From assembly GCA_042576705.1 (NCBI GenBank), contig JBHPEY010000003.1, positions 3,438 through 67,437 of the forward strand: 64,000 bases of DNA. Reading direction: 5' to 3'. This stretch comes from Nanobdellota archaeon (GTDB lineage Archaea > Nanobdellota > Nanobdellia > Woesearchaeales > UBA11576). A model generated the notes under the pieces. It saw only the letters and a program-made list of their open reading frames with translations. It did no database searches and was not told where the DNA came from. How positions within the stretch are numbered: the stretch's first letter is position 1; each line of letters starts with the position of its first letter. This document shows positions 31,019-40,775 of this stretch, one piece after another. The translations under genes and the position numbers were made by a program.

Positions 31019-31167
31019 TGCGCCGACTGGGCGGCGACAACCTTTGGTTGTGAGCCCGGTAGCCGTATTACTCACTACGTTCGCAATGCGCCGACCGGGC
31101 GGCGACAACCTTTGGTTGTGAGCCTGGTAGCCGTATTACTCACTACGTTCGCAATGCGCCGACCGGG
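31019..31167 (-). repeat. tRNA-Gly 3'-linked tandem repeat (2 x 68 bp plus tRNA end)
   Basis: Units begin at 31019, 31087, 31155 with TGCGCCGAYCGGG-like tRNA 3' end; two differences between units. Confidence 0.9.
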
Positions 31168-31225
31168 AATTGAACCCGGGCCTAAGCGTTGGCAACGCCC
31201 AATTGTACCACTCAACCACCGGCGC
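31155..31225 (-). tRNA. tRNA-Gly(GCC)
   Basis: GCGCCGG/TCGGCGC acceptor; GGGCG-TTGCCAA-CGCTT anticodon arm. Confidence 0.93.
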
Positions 31226-31267
31226 GAATTAGACAACTGAAAAATCAGATGTTAATAAAGTTTATGA

Positions 31268-31380
31268 TGGGAGACTGTGTCTCCCATACAAAGAAAACCT
31301 CGACTCGCAAGCTCATCGGGGTTTTCGAGCATGTGAAAAGGCATTTAGCCGACTTTGTCGGCGAAATGCCTTTCTCTCAT
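31268..31380 (-). repeat. Three-hairpin tRNA trailer, family C copy 2
   Basis: TGGGAGAC/GTCTCCCA, GAAAACCTCGA/TCGGGGTTTTC, GGCATTTAGCCGAC/GTCGGCGAAATGCC. Confidence 0.75.
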
Positions 31381-31452
31381 GGGCCTGCCCGGACTCGAAC
31401 CGGGGATCAATGCCGTGTAAGGGCACTGTCATAGCCACTAGACCACAAGCCC
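31380..31452 (-). tRNA. tRNA-Val(UAC)
   Basis: GGGCTTG/CAGGCCC acceptor; GTGCC-CTTACAC-GGCAT anticodon arm. Confidence 0.93.
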
Positions 31453-31688
31453 AATATTGCTTTTTCTGGGGATTTGGCCTGCTTATAAACTTTACTTTCG
31501 CTCGAAAGTAAAGGGGAAGAGAGCTCTGCGAGCTCTCGACAGGTTATTGTTGGATGGTTTATCTTGTTTTTCTGGTGTTTTTGTCTCTTTTAAGTGGTTA
31601 CAAATCGAAAGATTTTTAAAGGGTAAATGGGCTCTAGGGCTTCATAGCCTAAATAACTTTAAATACAACTGAATTTTGTGATATAACA

Positions 31689-32711
31689 ATGCCTGAAGAA
31701 GAGATGCCGGAGAAGGAAGCTGTTTCTGAGCAGAGTGAGGTTTCTGAGACTGTTGAGGATGACTCTTCAGAGGTCTCTCCTGAGGTGGCTGCTGTTGCTG
31801 TAGGGCATCAGATAGACCCTAATAAGGAGCATCATGAGAATATCTATGACATCCTGATGAAGCAGGATGAGATCACCTGGCAGACCATCATCAAGGAGCT
31901 CATCAAGACTGATCAGATGGATCCGTGGGACATCAATGTGTCACGGTTGTCTGCCATGTTCATCAAGACACTTAAGAAATTGAAGGAGATGAACCTTCAT
32001 CTTTCCGGGAAGATATTGTTGGCAGCTGCTTTATTGCTGCGCATCAAATCATCTCGGCTTGTTGGAGCGGACATGATGGAGTTCGACCGGCTTTTGGCTT
32101 CTGGTGAGGATGATGATCTTTATTCTGATACGGACTTTGTCGAGGGGCAGTTGAATACATTTGGCATGACTCTTGGTCCTGAGCATCTTAAGTTGGTGCC
32201 TAAGACGCCGCAGCCTCGGAAGAGGAAGGTGTCTGTTTATGACTTGATTGATGCTCTTGCTATTGCCTTGAAGGTGAAGCGTCGGCGTGTGCTTAGTGAG
32301 ATACAGACAACTGCTATGGACATGCCTGAGAAGACGATTGACATCTCGTCTATGATGGATGATCTTTATTCTTGTGTCATTAATTATCTTTCTGAAGAGC
32401 AGGCTGAACGTGTTTCATTTTCTTACTTAGTGCCTGGTGAGACCAAGGCGCATAAGATACATACCTTTATTCCACTTCTGCATCTTACCAATGCGCGGAA
32501 GGTTGACCTTGACCAGAGGGAGCATTTTGGGGAGATATGGGTCAGTCTGAACAAGAAGCATCAGAAGAAGATTGAGGGTGATGATGAGGGTGAGGATTCT
32601 GAGGGTGATGATAAGGCTGAAGAGGAGAAGGTTGGGGATGTGAAGGTTGAGGAAGTTAAGCTTGCTGAGCCTGTTGTTGAGAGTTCTGATTCAGAGACTG
32701 TTTCTGGTTAA
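31689..32711 (+). CDS. scpA: Kleisin ScpA
   Basis: MDPWDINVS, SGKILLAAALLLRIKS, RKVS..DL..AL, FIPLLHL, Q.EHFGEI. Confidence 0.88.
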   Translation: MPEEEMPEKEAVSEQSEVSETVEDDSSEVSPEVAAVAVGHQIDPNKEHHENIYDILMKQDEITWQTIIKELIKTDQMDPWDINVSRLSAMFIKTLKKLKEMNLHLSGKILLAAALLLRIKSSRLVGADMMEFDRLLASGEDDDLYSDTDFVEGQLNTFGMTLGPEHLKLVPKTPQPRKRKVSVYDLIDALAIALKVKRRRVLSEIQTTAMDMPEKTIDISSMMDDLYSCVINYLSEEQAERVSFSYLVPGETKAHKIHTFIPLLHLTNARKVDLDQREHFGEIWVSLNKKHQKKIEGDDEGEDSEGDDKAEEEKVGDVKVEEVKLAEPVVESSDSETVSG

Positions 32712-32726
32712 GTGATTTCTTCTTGT

Positions 32727-32917
32727 GGAGCAAATCCGACACACTACTCCGCTTTTGCTTCACTGCGTTACGCAAAAGCTCCGTCAGCCGCCAGGCTCCG
32801 CGCTGTTCTTCTTTTCCTTATGATGCCGCACCCCCGTAGGGGGCGTCCCCCCGCGGCATCCATACCATTCACTTATAGGCGCTACGCGAAGGGCGGCTAC
32901 GGTGTCGGATCTGCTCC
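32727..32917. repeat. Intergenic structured element, family A copy 3
   Basis: Terminal IR GGAGCAAATCCGACAC/GTGTCGGATCTGCTCC; modules colinear with 16993-17185. Confidence 0.8.
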
Positions 32918-33008
32918 TGGAGCTATTTCTGGAGTTAGTATTATTAGTGATGTAATGGTGGTTTCTTCTTCATAAGCTTTATATACTACTAATCCTCTGT
33001 TTTAAGGC

Positions 33009-35129
33009 ATGGCAAAGAAAGAGGGTAGAAAGAGTGCTAGAAGGGGTGCTCGAAAGAGTGTTCAGAAGAGTTCTGGAAAAGCTAAAGTGGTTGCTCGTTC
33101 TCAGAAAGCTGAAGCTTCTGCTATGTCGCATGCCCGAGTTGTTGAGCCTGATCCTGAGGTCAAGAGGAAACGGGAGGCTGAGAAGAAGGCTGCTGCTAAG
33201 TTGGCTAAGGATGAGGCTGCTGGTAAGAAGCCTGTGATGAAGGGGTCGCCCAGTACAATGTTCTCTAAGCTCAAGGATACCGGCGAGATAGATGTGTCCA
33301 AGAGGATAGTCGATCAGGTCATTGGCCAAGAGGCAGGTGTCAATCTCATCCGCAAGGCGGCGCTTCAGAGACGGCACGTGTTTTTGATCGGTGAGCCTGG
33401 GACAGGTAAGTCCATGCTTGGCCTTGCGTTGGCAGAGCTGTTGCCTAAGGAGAAGCTGCAGGATATCATATCTTTTCCTAATCCTAATGATGAGAACCAG
33501 CCAGTGATCAGGACAGTGACTGGTGGAGAAGGCCGCGAGCTTGTGAGCAAGGCACGTGTCGATTCCATGTCCATGTTCAAGAACCAGAATATATTCCTTT
33601 TCATACTCGCGATTGTCGCGATGATCGCTCCATGGTGGGTGCGGTCATACTATAAATCAGACATCATGTTCGCGGCGTTCTTCCTTGGAGGGATGATGTT
33701 CCTTGCGGCGTTTGTCATCTTCATCAATCTCGGACGAAGAGGACAGATGGGCAAGGACGGCGGAGCGCCGAAAGTGATAGTTGACAACTTCAAGAAAGAG
33801 CAGGCCGCATTCCTGGATGCTACAGGTGCGCATGCAGGCGCGCTTCTTGGTGATGTACTGCACGACCCGTTCCAGAGCGGTGGGTTGGGGACACCGGCGC
33901 ACGAAAGAGTTGTCGCTGGAATGATACACAAGGCCAACAAAGGAGTGCTGTTCATCGATGAGATAGCTACACTGCAGCCGCATACCCAGCAGGAATTGCT
34001 GTCGGCTCTGCAGGAGCGCAAGTATTCTATTACAGGGCAGTCTGAGAGGAGCGCTGGTGCGATGGTGCGTACTGAGCCAGTGCCGTGTGATTTCATCCTT
34101 GTCGCTGCAGGGAATCTTGAGACGGTCAAGAAGATGCATCCTGCATTGCGCTCGAGGATACGAGGTTATGGTTATGAGGTATACATGAATGAGACCATGC
34201 CAGACACTGCAGAGAACCGCTGGAAGATTGCATTGTTTGTCGCGCAGGAGGTCATCAAGGACCAGAAGATACCGCATTTCTCAAAAGAGGCAGTCGAGGA
34301 GATAATCGAGGAAGGCAAGAGACGGGCGAACCGGAAGAAGCATCTCACACTCCGACTCAGGGATCTCGGCGGACTCATACGCGCTGCAGGAGACCTTGCG
34401 ATAGAGAAGAAATCAAAGATTGTCGAACGCGAGCACGTAATCGGCGCGAAGAAGATTGCCAGATCTCTCGAACAGCAGATAGCAGACAAGTTCATAGACC
34501 GGAAGAAGGAATACGAGGTCATCATCACAGAAGGAAGGCTGGTCGGCAGGGTCAACGGGCTCGCGGTGATAGGTGGCGAGGCATCATACTCAGGGATTAT
34601 ACTGCCTATCGAAGCACAGGTCACACCGGGCGGAAAAGAGAAGGAGTTCGTTGCTACAGGAAAGCTCGGTGAGATTGCCAAGGAAGCAGTGAAGAATGTC
34701 TCTGCGATAATAAAGAAATACTTTGGCGAGGACATCAAGGCGTATGATGTGTATGTCCAGTTCCTGCAGACCTATGAAGGTGTGGAAGGAGACTCTGCAT
34801 CCATCGCAGTAGCTACATCCATAATATCCGCGCTCAAGAAGATCCCTGTGAAGCAGGATACTGCAATGACAGGCTCGTTGTCTGTGCGTGGTGAAGTATT
34901 ACCTGTCGGGGGAGTATCTGCGAAGGTCGAGGCGGCTATTGAAGCAGGGGTCAAACAAGTGATAGTCCCAAAATCTAATCTTCAGGATATTGTCATCTCA
35001 AAAGACAAGCTGGGTAAGATAAAGATTATCCCTGTGGAGACAATCTCGCAGGTGCTCAAGGAAGCGCTTGACTTCAAAGGCAAACAAAGCCTACTCAAGA
35101 CAATCAAGAATATCAACGGCAATGATTAA
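33009..35129 (+). CDS. lonB: Archaeal membrane-anchored Lon protease
   Basis: GEPGTGKS, two TMs, LFIDE, EGDSAS, VGGVSAK. Confidence 0.96.
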   Translation: MAKKEGRKSARRGARKSVQKSSGKAKVVARSQKAEASAMSHARVVEPDPEVKRKREAEKKAAAKLAKDEAAGKKPVMKGSPSTMFSKLKDTGEIDVSKRIVDQVIGQEAGVNLIRKAALQRRHVFLIGEPGTGKSMLGLALAELLPKEKLQDIISFPNPNDENQPVIRTVTGGEGRELVSKARVDSMSMFKNQNIFLFILAIVAMIAPWWVRSYYKSDIMFAAFFLGGMMFLAAFVIFINLGRRGQMGKDGGAPKVIVDNFKKEQAAFLDATGAHAGALLGDVLHDPFQSGGLGTPAHERVVAGMIHKANKGVLFIDEIATLQPHTQQELLSALQERKYSITGQSERSAGAMVRTEPVPCDFILVAAGNLETVKKMHPALRSRIRGYGYEVYMNETMPDTAENRWKIALFVAQEVIKDQKIPHFSKEAVEEIIEEGKRRANRKKHLTLRLRDLGGLIRAAGDLAIEKKSKIVEREHVIGAKKIARSLEQQIADKFIDRKKEYEVIITEGRLVGRVNGLAVIGGEASYSGIILPIEAQVTPGGKEKEFVATGKLGEIAKEAVKNVSAIIKKYFGEDIKAYDVYVQFLQTYEGVEGDSASIAVATSIISALKKIPVKQDTAMTGSLSVRGEVLPVGGVSAKVEAAIEAGVKQVIVPKSNLQDIVISKDKLGKIKIIPVETISQVLKEALDFKGKQSLLKTIKNINGND

Positions 35130-35316
35130 GTCATGACTATTTCTTGCCGGTTCGATTTAAACATAGTTGGCTTGTTCTGTTTTCCTTTATGGTATATACA
35201 ATATATGCCTGGATTTTTTGGCTGTTTATCTCGTCACTGTTGTTGTTCGGTGACCAATGGTGATAGAGGTCAGGCGTTTCAAAAAATTTATATATGAATA
35301 AATCAACTCTATACTC

Positions 35317-35535
35317 ATGCCGCCGAAAAAAAAGAAGGTGAAACGAGCAAAGGCAACAGAGGAAGCGACTGGTCAGAGGGAATCCAAAAGACGGAAGGAC
35401 TGTCCTGACTGCGGGAGTGTCAACATACTCTTTGACGCAGACACAGAGCAGATCATATGCCATGATTGCGGACTCATGTTCGAGGAGATTCCGCCAGAAT
35501 TTGCAAAACGGTATGATGAGATAGAATTCCTTTAG
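35317..35535 (+). CDS. Small TFIIB-type zinc-ribbon protein
   Basis: CPDCGS.N....ICHDCGL. Confidence 0.75.
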   Translation: MPPKKKKVKRAKATEEATGQRESKRRKDCPDCGSVNILFDADTEQIICHDCGLMFEEIPPEFAKRYDEIEFL

Positions 35536-35537
35536 TT

Positions 35538-36524
35538 TTACCAGAATACCTCGATGTCATCTGTCCTTAGATACGGCTTGATATCTGCTTCTTCGATCTT
35601 CATCCTCTTTCCTGCGTTGTACTCAAGCAGGCCAAGCCATGCTATCATCAGGCCGTTGTCTACATTGACATCTGTGGGGAGAGAATAAGATATTGCGCCG
35701 CGTTCCTTGCACATGATGTCGCACATCTCCTGCAGTCTTTTTGAGGATGCAACGCCTCCGCCCAGGAGGAGCTCTTCTTTCCCGCAGTGCGCCATTGCGC
35801 GCTCGCTGACCTCGACAAGCATGGCGAATGCTGTCTCCTGGAGGGAGTATGCGAGGTCCTCTTTTGAGAATTGTTTTGAGTCGAATTTCTGTTTGAGGTT
35901 AGTGAGGAGTCCGCCGAAGGATACGTCCATGCCTTTGACTACGTATGGGAGTTCTATGAGTTGCTTTGCGTTCAAGGAGAGCTGGTATAGTTTTGGTCCT
36001 CCGGGAAATCCTAGGCCCATATGCCTTGCGAATGCATCGATGAAATTGCCTATTCCGCAGTCAAGGGTCTCTCCGAATATGCGGTACTTGCCACCGTCGT
36101 ATGCGATTATCTGGGTGTTGGCGCCGGATGCGTAGAGAAATACCGGATCCTTTGCATCGCTGAGGAGCTTTCCGATCTCCAGGTGTGCTATGCAGTGGTT
36201 GACTCCGATTATCGGTTTGTCGTAAGTGGCTGCTATGCTCCTTGCGAGCATCGCGCCGATCCTCAGGCAGTTTCCTATGCCTGGGCTCTGGGAGTAGGTG
36301 ACCAGGTCTATCTTGTCTAGTGTTGTTCCTGCTTTGGTGAGGGCTTTGGTGAGAACGTCCTTGAAGCAGTGTGCGTGATGTTCAGCGACCTCTGCTGGGA
36401 TCATGCCGCCTTCACCTTCTTTTGTGGTGAAGACCTCTCGCTCGTTTGCCAGGATATTGCCATCTGAGTCTATCAATCCTATGCCGAATGTGTGGGCTGT
36501 TGATTCGATTCCCAGGGATATCAT
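35538..36524 (-). CDS. kae1: t6A synthase Kae1
   Basis: LGIESTAHTFG, VNHCIAHLEIG, SGANTQ, FPGGP, GGVA, DNG.MIAW. Confidence 0.96.
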   Translation of the reverse strand: MISLGIESTAHTFGIGLIDSDGNILANEREVFTTKEGEGGMIPAEVAEHHAHCFKDVLTKALTKAGTTLDKIDLVTYSQSPGIGNCLRIGAMLARSIAATYDKPIIGVNHCIAHLEIGKLLSDAKDPVFLYASGANTQIIAYDGGKYRIFGETLDCGIGNFIDAFARHMGLGFPGGPKLYQLSLNAKQLIELPYVVKGMDVSFGGLLTNLKQKFDSKQFSKEDLAYSLQETAFAMLVEVSERAMAHCGKEELLLGGGVASSKRLQEMCDIMCKERGAISYSLPTDVNVDNGLMIAWLGLLEYNAGKRMKIEEADIKPYLRTDDIEVFW

Positions 36525-36691
36525 CTTATTGACTGTGTAGAAAGGCCCGCCCCCGCCTTGAAACCGCTTGGGCCCGCCCCTATCAAATCATGCGCACAAT
36601 TGAAATGTCTATTTGTGCGGATTTAAAGGGAATTAGGAAAAACATATAAATGTTGTCAAGAATAATATACATGAGCTTGTGTTGAGAAACG

Positions 36692-38638
36692 ATGGCATTT
36701 GAGTCTAAACCTATCACTTTCGAGGAATTCATCGATCAAGTTAAAGAGCACAATCCTAATGCTAATTTCAAGCTCATAGAGAAGGCATACAGGTTTGCTG
36801 AGCAGGCTCATAAAGGGCAGAAGAGGAGTTCTGGAGAGGCGTTCTTTGTGCACCCGCTTGAGGTAGGGCGCATACTAATCCATCTCAAGGCAGACAGTGC
36901 CACGATCTGCGCAGCACTATTGCACGACACAGTAGAGGATACAAGCACGTCAACAAAGACTGTGCGGGATGAGTTCGGCAAGGAGATAGCAGGCCTTGTA
37001 TCAGGCATGACCAAGATAACCGGCAAAAAATACGAATCAAAGGAGGATTACAAGGCAGAGAACCTGCGGAAGATACTGCTGGCAACTACCAAGGACATCA
37101 GGGTCATCCTCATCCGGCTCGCGGACAGGCTGCACAACATGAGGACGCTCGCGACATTCCGCTCAGACAAGCGGAAGAGGATAGCGCATGAGACCCTTGA
37201 GATATATGCGCCTATCGCGCACAAGCTTGGCATGTGGCGGCTGAAAGGTGAGCTGGAGGATCTGTCATTTAGGTATCTTGATTATGATACCTATGTCCGG
37301 CTTAAGGAGAGCATTGCAGAGAAACGGGTGCAGCGAGAGCAGGCCACTTCAAAGATAGTCAGCATGATCAGGGAGTCACTCCAGGAAAAGAACATAGAAT
37401 CGGATGTGTTCGGCAGGGCGAAATACTTCTACTCAATCTACAAGAAGATGAAGAAGAAGCAGAGGGACTTTGACCAGATATACGACCTGATCGCCATCAG
37501 GATAATAGTCAACACCATCCCTGAATGCTATAAATCACTCGAGATCATACACACGCTTTTCGAGCCGCAGCTGGAACGGTTCAAGGACTACATCCAGCAC
37601 TCTAAAGCGAACGGCTACCAGTCTATACACACTTCTGTAATATATGGACGGAAGATCATAGAGGTGCAGATCAGGACGCACGCGATGCACGCCATTGCAG
37701 AGGCAGGGATAGCGGCGCACTGGAAATACAAAGGAACAGAGAAGGACAAGGCATTCGACAGGAAGATCATGTGGCTCAAGCAGATACTTGAATGGCTGAA
37801 CAAGTCAAAGAATGCGCGGGATTTTGTGGAGACATTGAAGATAGACCTTTTCGAGAATGAGATCATCGTGCTGACTCCCAAGGGTGACCCGATATCGCTG
37901 CCAGAAGGGGCGACACCTGTCGACTTCGCATATGCTGTGCATACAGGCGTAGGCAACCACTGCTCCAAGGCAAAGGTCAATGACAGGATAGAGCCGTTGG
38001 ATCATCCGCTCAACAGCGGGGATGTCGTCGAGATAATGACAAGCAACAATGCGAAGCCTTCACGGGGATGGCTGAATTTCGCTGTCACTTCAAAGGCAAA
38101 GAGCAAGATCCGTTCATTCCTGGGTATAGAGTTTGATCACAAGCCGCGGGAAGCGGCTGCTTCTTCTGATTACGATAAGATAAAGCCGCACCTTGACAGG
38201 TTCATAAAGATACTCGGCAAGAAAGCGCCGCTCAAGCTGTCGAAGTGCTGCCAGCCAGGTTTCAATGACAGCATCATCGGGCTCAACACAAAAGACGGCA
38301 AGATAACCATCCACAAGAGTGACTGCATCAATGTACATAGTGTCGATGAATCTAAGCAGGTCAAGCTTGAGTGGGTGAAGCCTGAAGACAGCAATGTCCG
38401 TAAGCTTAAGGTCTATGTGACTGAGAGGCCGGGTGTGCTTGCGGATCTTCTTAACCTTATGGCTGTAGAGAAGGTATCTGTTAAATCTGTGAATACAAGG
38501 GTCCGGAAGAAGAAGATAATGCTTACGTTTAAGATAGAGGTGGATGAGGATGAAGAGCTTGAGCGAATTGTTGACAAGCTTAACGCGTTGCGGGACGTGA
38601 GTAATGTCAAGGTGGATGAGCAGGGGATAGGGGTTTGA
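36692..38638 (+). CDS. rel: Long RelA/SpoT homologue (HD-SYNTH-TGS-ZFD-ACT)
   Basis: LLHDTVED, LADRLHN, GRAK..YSIY.K, YDLIAIR, RFKDYI, GYQSIHT, EVQIRT, DFAYAVHT, KCC.P..IH..DC, ACT. Confidence 0.95.
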   Translation: MAFESKPITFEEFIDQVKEHNPNANFKLIEKAYRFAEQAHKGQKRSSGEAFFVHPLEVGRILIHLKADSATICAALLHDTVEDTSTSTKTVRDEFGKEIAGLVSGMTKITGKKYESKEDYKAENLRKILLATTKDIRVILIRLADRLHNMRTLATFRSDKRKRIAHETLEIYAPIAHKLGMWRLKGELEDLSFRYLDYDTYVRLKESIAEKRVQREQATSKIVSMIRESLQEKNIESDVFGRAKYFYSIYKKMKKKQRDFDQIYDLIAIRIIVNTIPECYKSLEIIHTLFEPQLERFKDYIQHSKANGYQSIHTSVIYGRKIIEVQIRTHAMHAIAEAGIAAHWKYKGTEKDKAFDRKIMWLKQILEWLNKSKNARDFVETLKIDLFENEIIVLTPKGDPISLPEGATPVDFAYAVHTGVGNHCSKAKVNDRIEPLDHPLNSGDVVEIMTSNNAKPSRGWLNFAVTSKAKSKIRSFLGIEFDHKPREAAASSDYDKIKPHLDRFIKILGKKAPLKLSKCCQPGFNDSIIGLNTKDGKITIHKSDCINVHSVDESKQVKLEWVKPEDSNVRKLKVYVTERPGVLADLLNLMAVEKVSVKSVNTRVRKKKIMLTFKIEVDEDEELERIVDKLNALRDVSNVKVDEQGIGV

Positions 38639-38812
38639 TTGAGTTGAAGGGCTTTTTCTTTGCTGCCTGCTCTGCTGAGACCACGATGTCTGATTCTGAA
38701 ACTGTCTGGCTATCGTTCTGGCCGAAGGCCTTCTCTTTTGATATCGTTTCTTTTACCTGAAGCGCAGCGCGCACATATCAGAATTCCTGAAGCGCGCGAA
38801 GAAACTACTTCA

Positions 38813-38972
38813 GCGCCTTTCTGTGAGGGGGTCGCCGTAGCAACACTTAGGGCAAATCCTATGATGATGCCGCGCTCTGCAAGCACGGCATACGGATTTG
38901 CTACTATTCTAGTTTCGCCGTTTCCCACCCGCCTCCCCTAAGGTGGCGACTCCCTCTATGGTGGAAGGGCGA
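38813..38972. other. Unidentified rod-like structured element
   Basis: Nested stems GAGGGGGTCGCC/GGCGACTCCCTC, CTTAGGG/CCCTAAG, GCAAATCC/GGATTTGC, TGCCG/CGGCA. Confidence 0.6.
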
Positions 38973-39056
38973 AAAATATCCCTGCCTGTGTAATGTGTTT
39001 ATAAGTTAGATTTGCTGCTGGAAATCATTTTTTTCTTCGTAAGGTTTAAATATTAC

Positions 39057-39407
39057 ATGACATTTTCTCTGCTTATGGATGTCATACGAGACCCTCAGGA
39101 AAAGGAAATCAAGGTTTCTGCAAAGAGTGCGCTTATTGGACGTATGCCGCGCAGGGAAGGGGATAAGTTCAAGACATTTGTTGTCAGGCTTTTTGATGTC
39201 AACAATCCGCACAAGACTACAGAGTTCCCTATCAAGACCTATGAGTTCACGAATACAGAGAAGGTCCGGATAAGGCAGCTGAATATATCATACTATCTTG
39301 AAGGCAATGACGTTGTCATAAACGACCTTGACGAGCTCTTGATTGTGCATGAGGGGACACAGCTTGTGCTCAAGGGCTACCAGAAGGAAATCGAGAAGAG
39401 GGCATAA
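39057..39407 (+). CDS. Hypothetical protein
   Basis: Coding-like composition; start uncertain. Confidence 0.65.
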   Translation: MTFSLLMDVIRDPQEKEIKVSAKSALIGRMPRREGDKFKTFVVRLFDVNNPHKTTEFPIKTYEFTNTEKVRIRQLNISYYLEGNDVVINDLDELLIVHEGTQLVLKGYQKEIEKRA

Positions 39408-39460
39408 GGCTTTTTCTTTCTATACAAACATATTTAAACGATAGCCAGTTCTGTCAAGCT

Positions 39461-40162
39461 ATGCATGTACTGAAAACCGGTTTTAATGGTAACCCCAATG
39501 TCGGGCTCTATGGGTACTGTAATGACTCATACTGCCTGCTCGGCAAGGACGTGCCTGAGAAGACTGCGAAGCAGGTGGAAAAGGTGCTGGGAGTGCCGGT
39601 GCACCAGATGACGATGTGCGGCACTTCACTTCTGGGAGTTTTCCTTGCAGGCAACAGCGACATGCTGCTTGTGCCTGAGATAGCTTTTGATTACGAGCTC
39701 AAGAATCTTGACAGGCTGAAGATGAATTATGAGGTGGTGAAGACGCGGCTGACTGCGTTGGGCAACAACCTCCTCTGTAATGATGTAGGGTGCCTCGCGA
39801 ACCCCGAGTTCTCAGCAGACCAGAAGAAAAGGATCAGGCAGGCATTGGGTGTCAAGCTCAAGCCGGGTACGATCGCTGACCTGGATACGGTCGGTAGCCT
39901 CGGAGTGTTGAACAGCGCGGGCTGTATGGTACATCGCGATATAACGAGGGCAGAGACCACATATGTCGAGGAGCTGCTTGCCACAAGGGTAGTGCCATCG
40001 ACAGTCAACATGGGCTCGCCATACATACGCAGCGGGCTGCTTTGCAATAATCATGGTTTTGTGATCGGTGACCATAGCGGCGGGCCGGAGATGATAAATG
40101 TTGAGGAGGAGCTCGGGTTCCTCGAGAGAATGCGTGCTTCAAAGAAAAAAGCAAAAAGGTGA
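39461..40162 (+). CDS. eif6: Translation initiation factor 6 (aIF6)
   Basis: GNPNVG, TALGN.LL.ND, TVGS, TVNMGSPYIRSG..N..G. Confidence 0.93.
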   Translation: MHVLKTGFNGNPNVGLYGYCNDSYCLLGKDVPEKTAKQVEKVLGVPVHQMTMCGTSLLGVFLAGNSDMLLVPEIAFDYELKNLDRLKMNYEVVKTRLTALGNNLLCNDVGCLANPEFSADQKKRIRQALGVKLKPGTIADLDTVGSLGVLNSAGCMVHRDITRAETTYVEELLATRVVPSTVNMGSPYIRSGLLCNNHGFVIGDHSGGPEMINVEEELGFLERMRASKKKAKR

Positions 40163-40163
40163 T

Positions 40164-40334
40164 ATGATGAGCTTCACAGAAGATGAGAAGAAACTACTCA
40201 AGCTCCTTGTGCAAAAAGAACTGGAGTCTGTGGACTCCGAGGGTAAGACCGTCCTCATTGAGGACAATCCTGGCTTTCTGGCGCTTGAGGAGAGGTATAC
40301 AGGGTTTTTAGAAAACTTATTAAAGAAACTCTGA
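40164..40334 (+). CDS. Small helical hypothetical protein
   Basis: AGGTGA SD; fills the eif6-pfdA gap. Confidence 0.65.
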   Translation: MMSFTEDEKKLLKLLVQKELESVDSEGKTVLIEDNPGFLALEERYTGFLENLLKKL

Positions 40335-40348
40335 ACCAACTGGATAAA

Positions 40349-40774
40349 ATGGCAGAAGATATGGACAAGAAACAGAAGGAGCTGCAGAAGAAATATCTGG
40401 AATACCAGATGATGGAGCAGCAGATAAAACAGCTCCAGCAGCAGCTCGAGAAGATGGAAGCACAGACGATGGAGATATCCACTGTTGACCAGAGCCTGGA
40501 GGACATCTCAAAGGCAAAAGCCGGTGATGAGGTGCTCGTGCCAGTGTCGGGAGGGATATTCTTCCGGACAACGATCAAGGAGACCGGCCAGTTCCTGGTG
40601 AATGTCGGCAGCGGCGTTGTCGTGGACAAGAACATCGACGGCACAAGGCAGCTCGTGCAGGGCCAGGCAATAGAGATAGACAAGTACAAGGAACAGGTCA
40701 TGCAGCAGCTTGCGCTTACACTTGCTAAGTACCAAGAGATGGAAAACGAACTCAAGAAACTTATTGAAGGATAA
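40349..40774 (+). CDS. pfdA: Prefoldin alpha subunit
   Basis: Coiled coils around EVLVPVSGG and LVNVGSGVVVDK hairpins. Confidence 0.92.
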   Translation: MAEDMDKKQKELQKKYLEYQMMEQQIKQLQQQLEKMEAQTMEISTVDQSLEDISKAKAGDEVLVPVSGGIFFRTTIKETGQFLVNVGSGVVVDKNIDGTRQLVQGQAIEIDKYKEQVMQQLALTLAKYQEMENELKKLIEG

Positions 40775-40775
40775 A

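Noticed and set aside
25520..31020. Integrated virus or island with att sites
   Set aside because: No integrase or viral genes, and no tRNA-Gly end repeat at the far boundary.
31019..31167. CRISPR array
   Set aside because: Units are identical along their full length with no unique spacers, and no cas genes are present.
38660..38990. ppGpp (ykkC) riboswitch, RNase P or group II intron domain V
   Set aside because: Only short partial resemblances (ACAGAAAGGCG, CCGTATGC); the consensus cores are absent and it lies 3' of rel.
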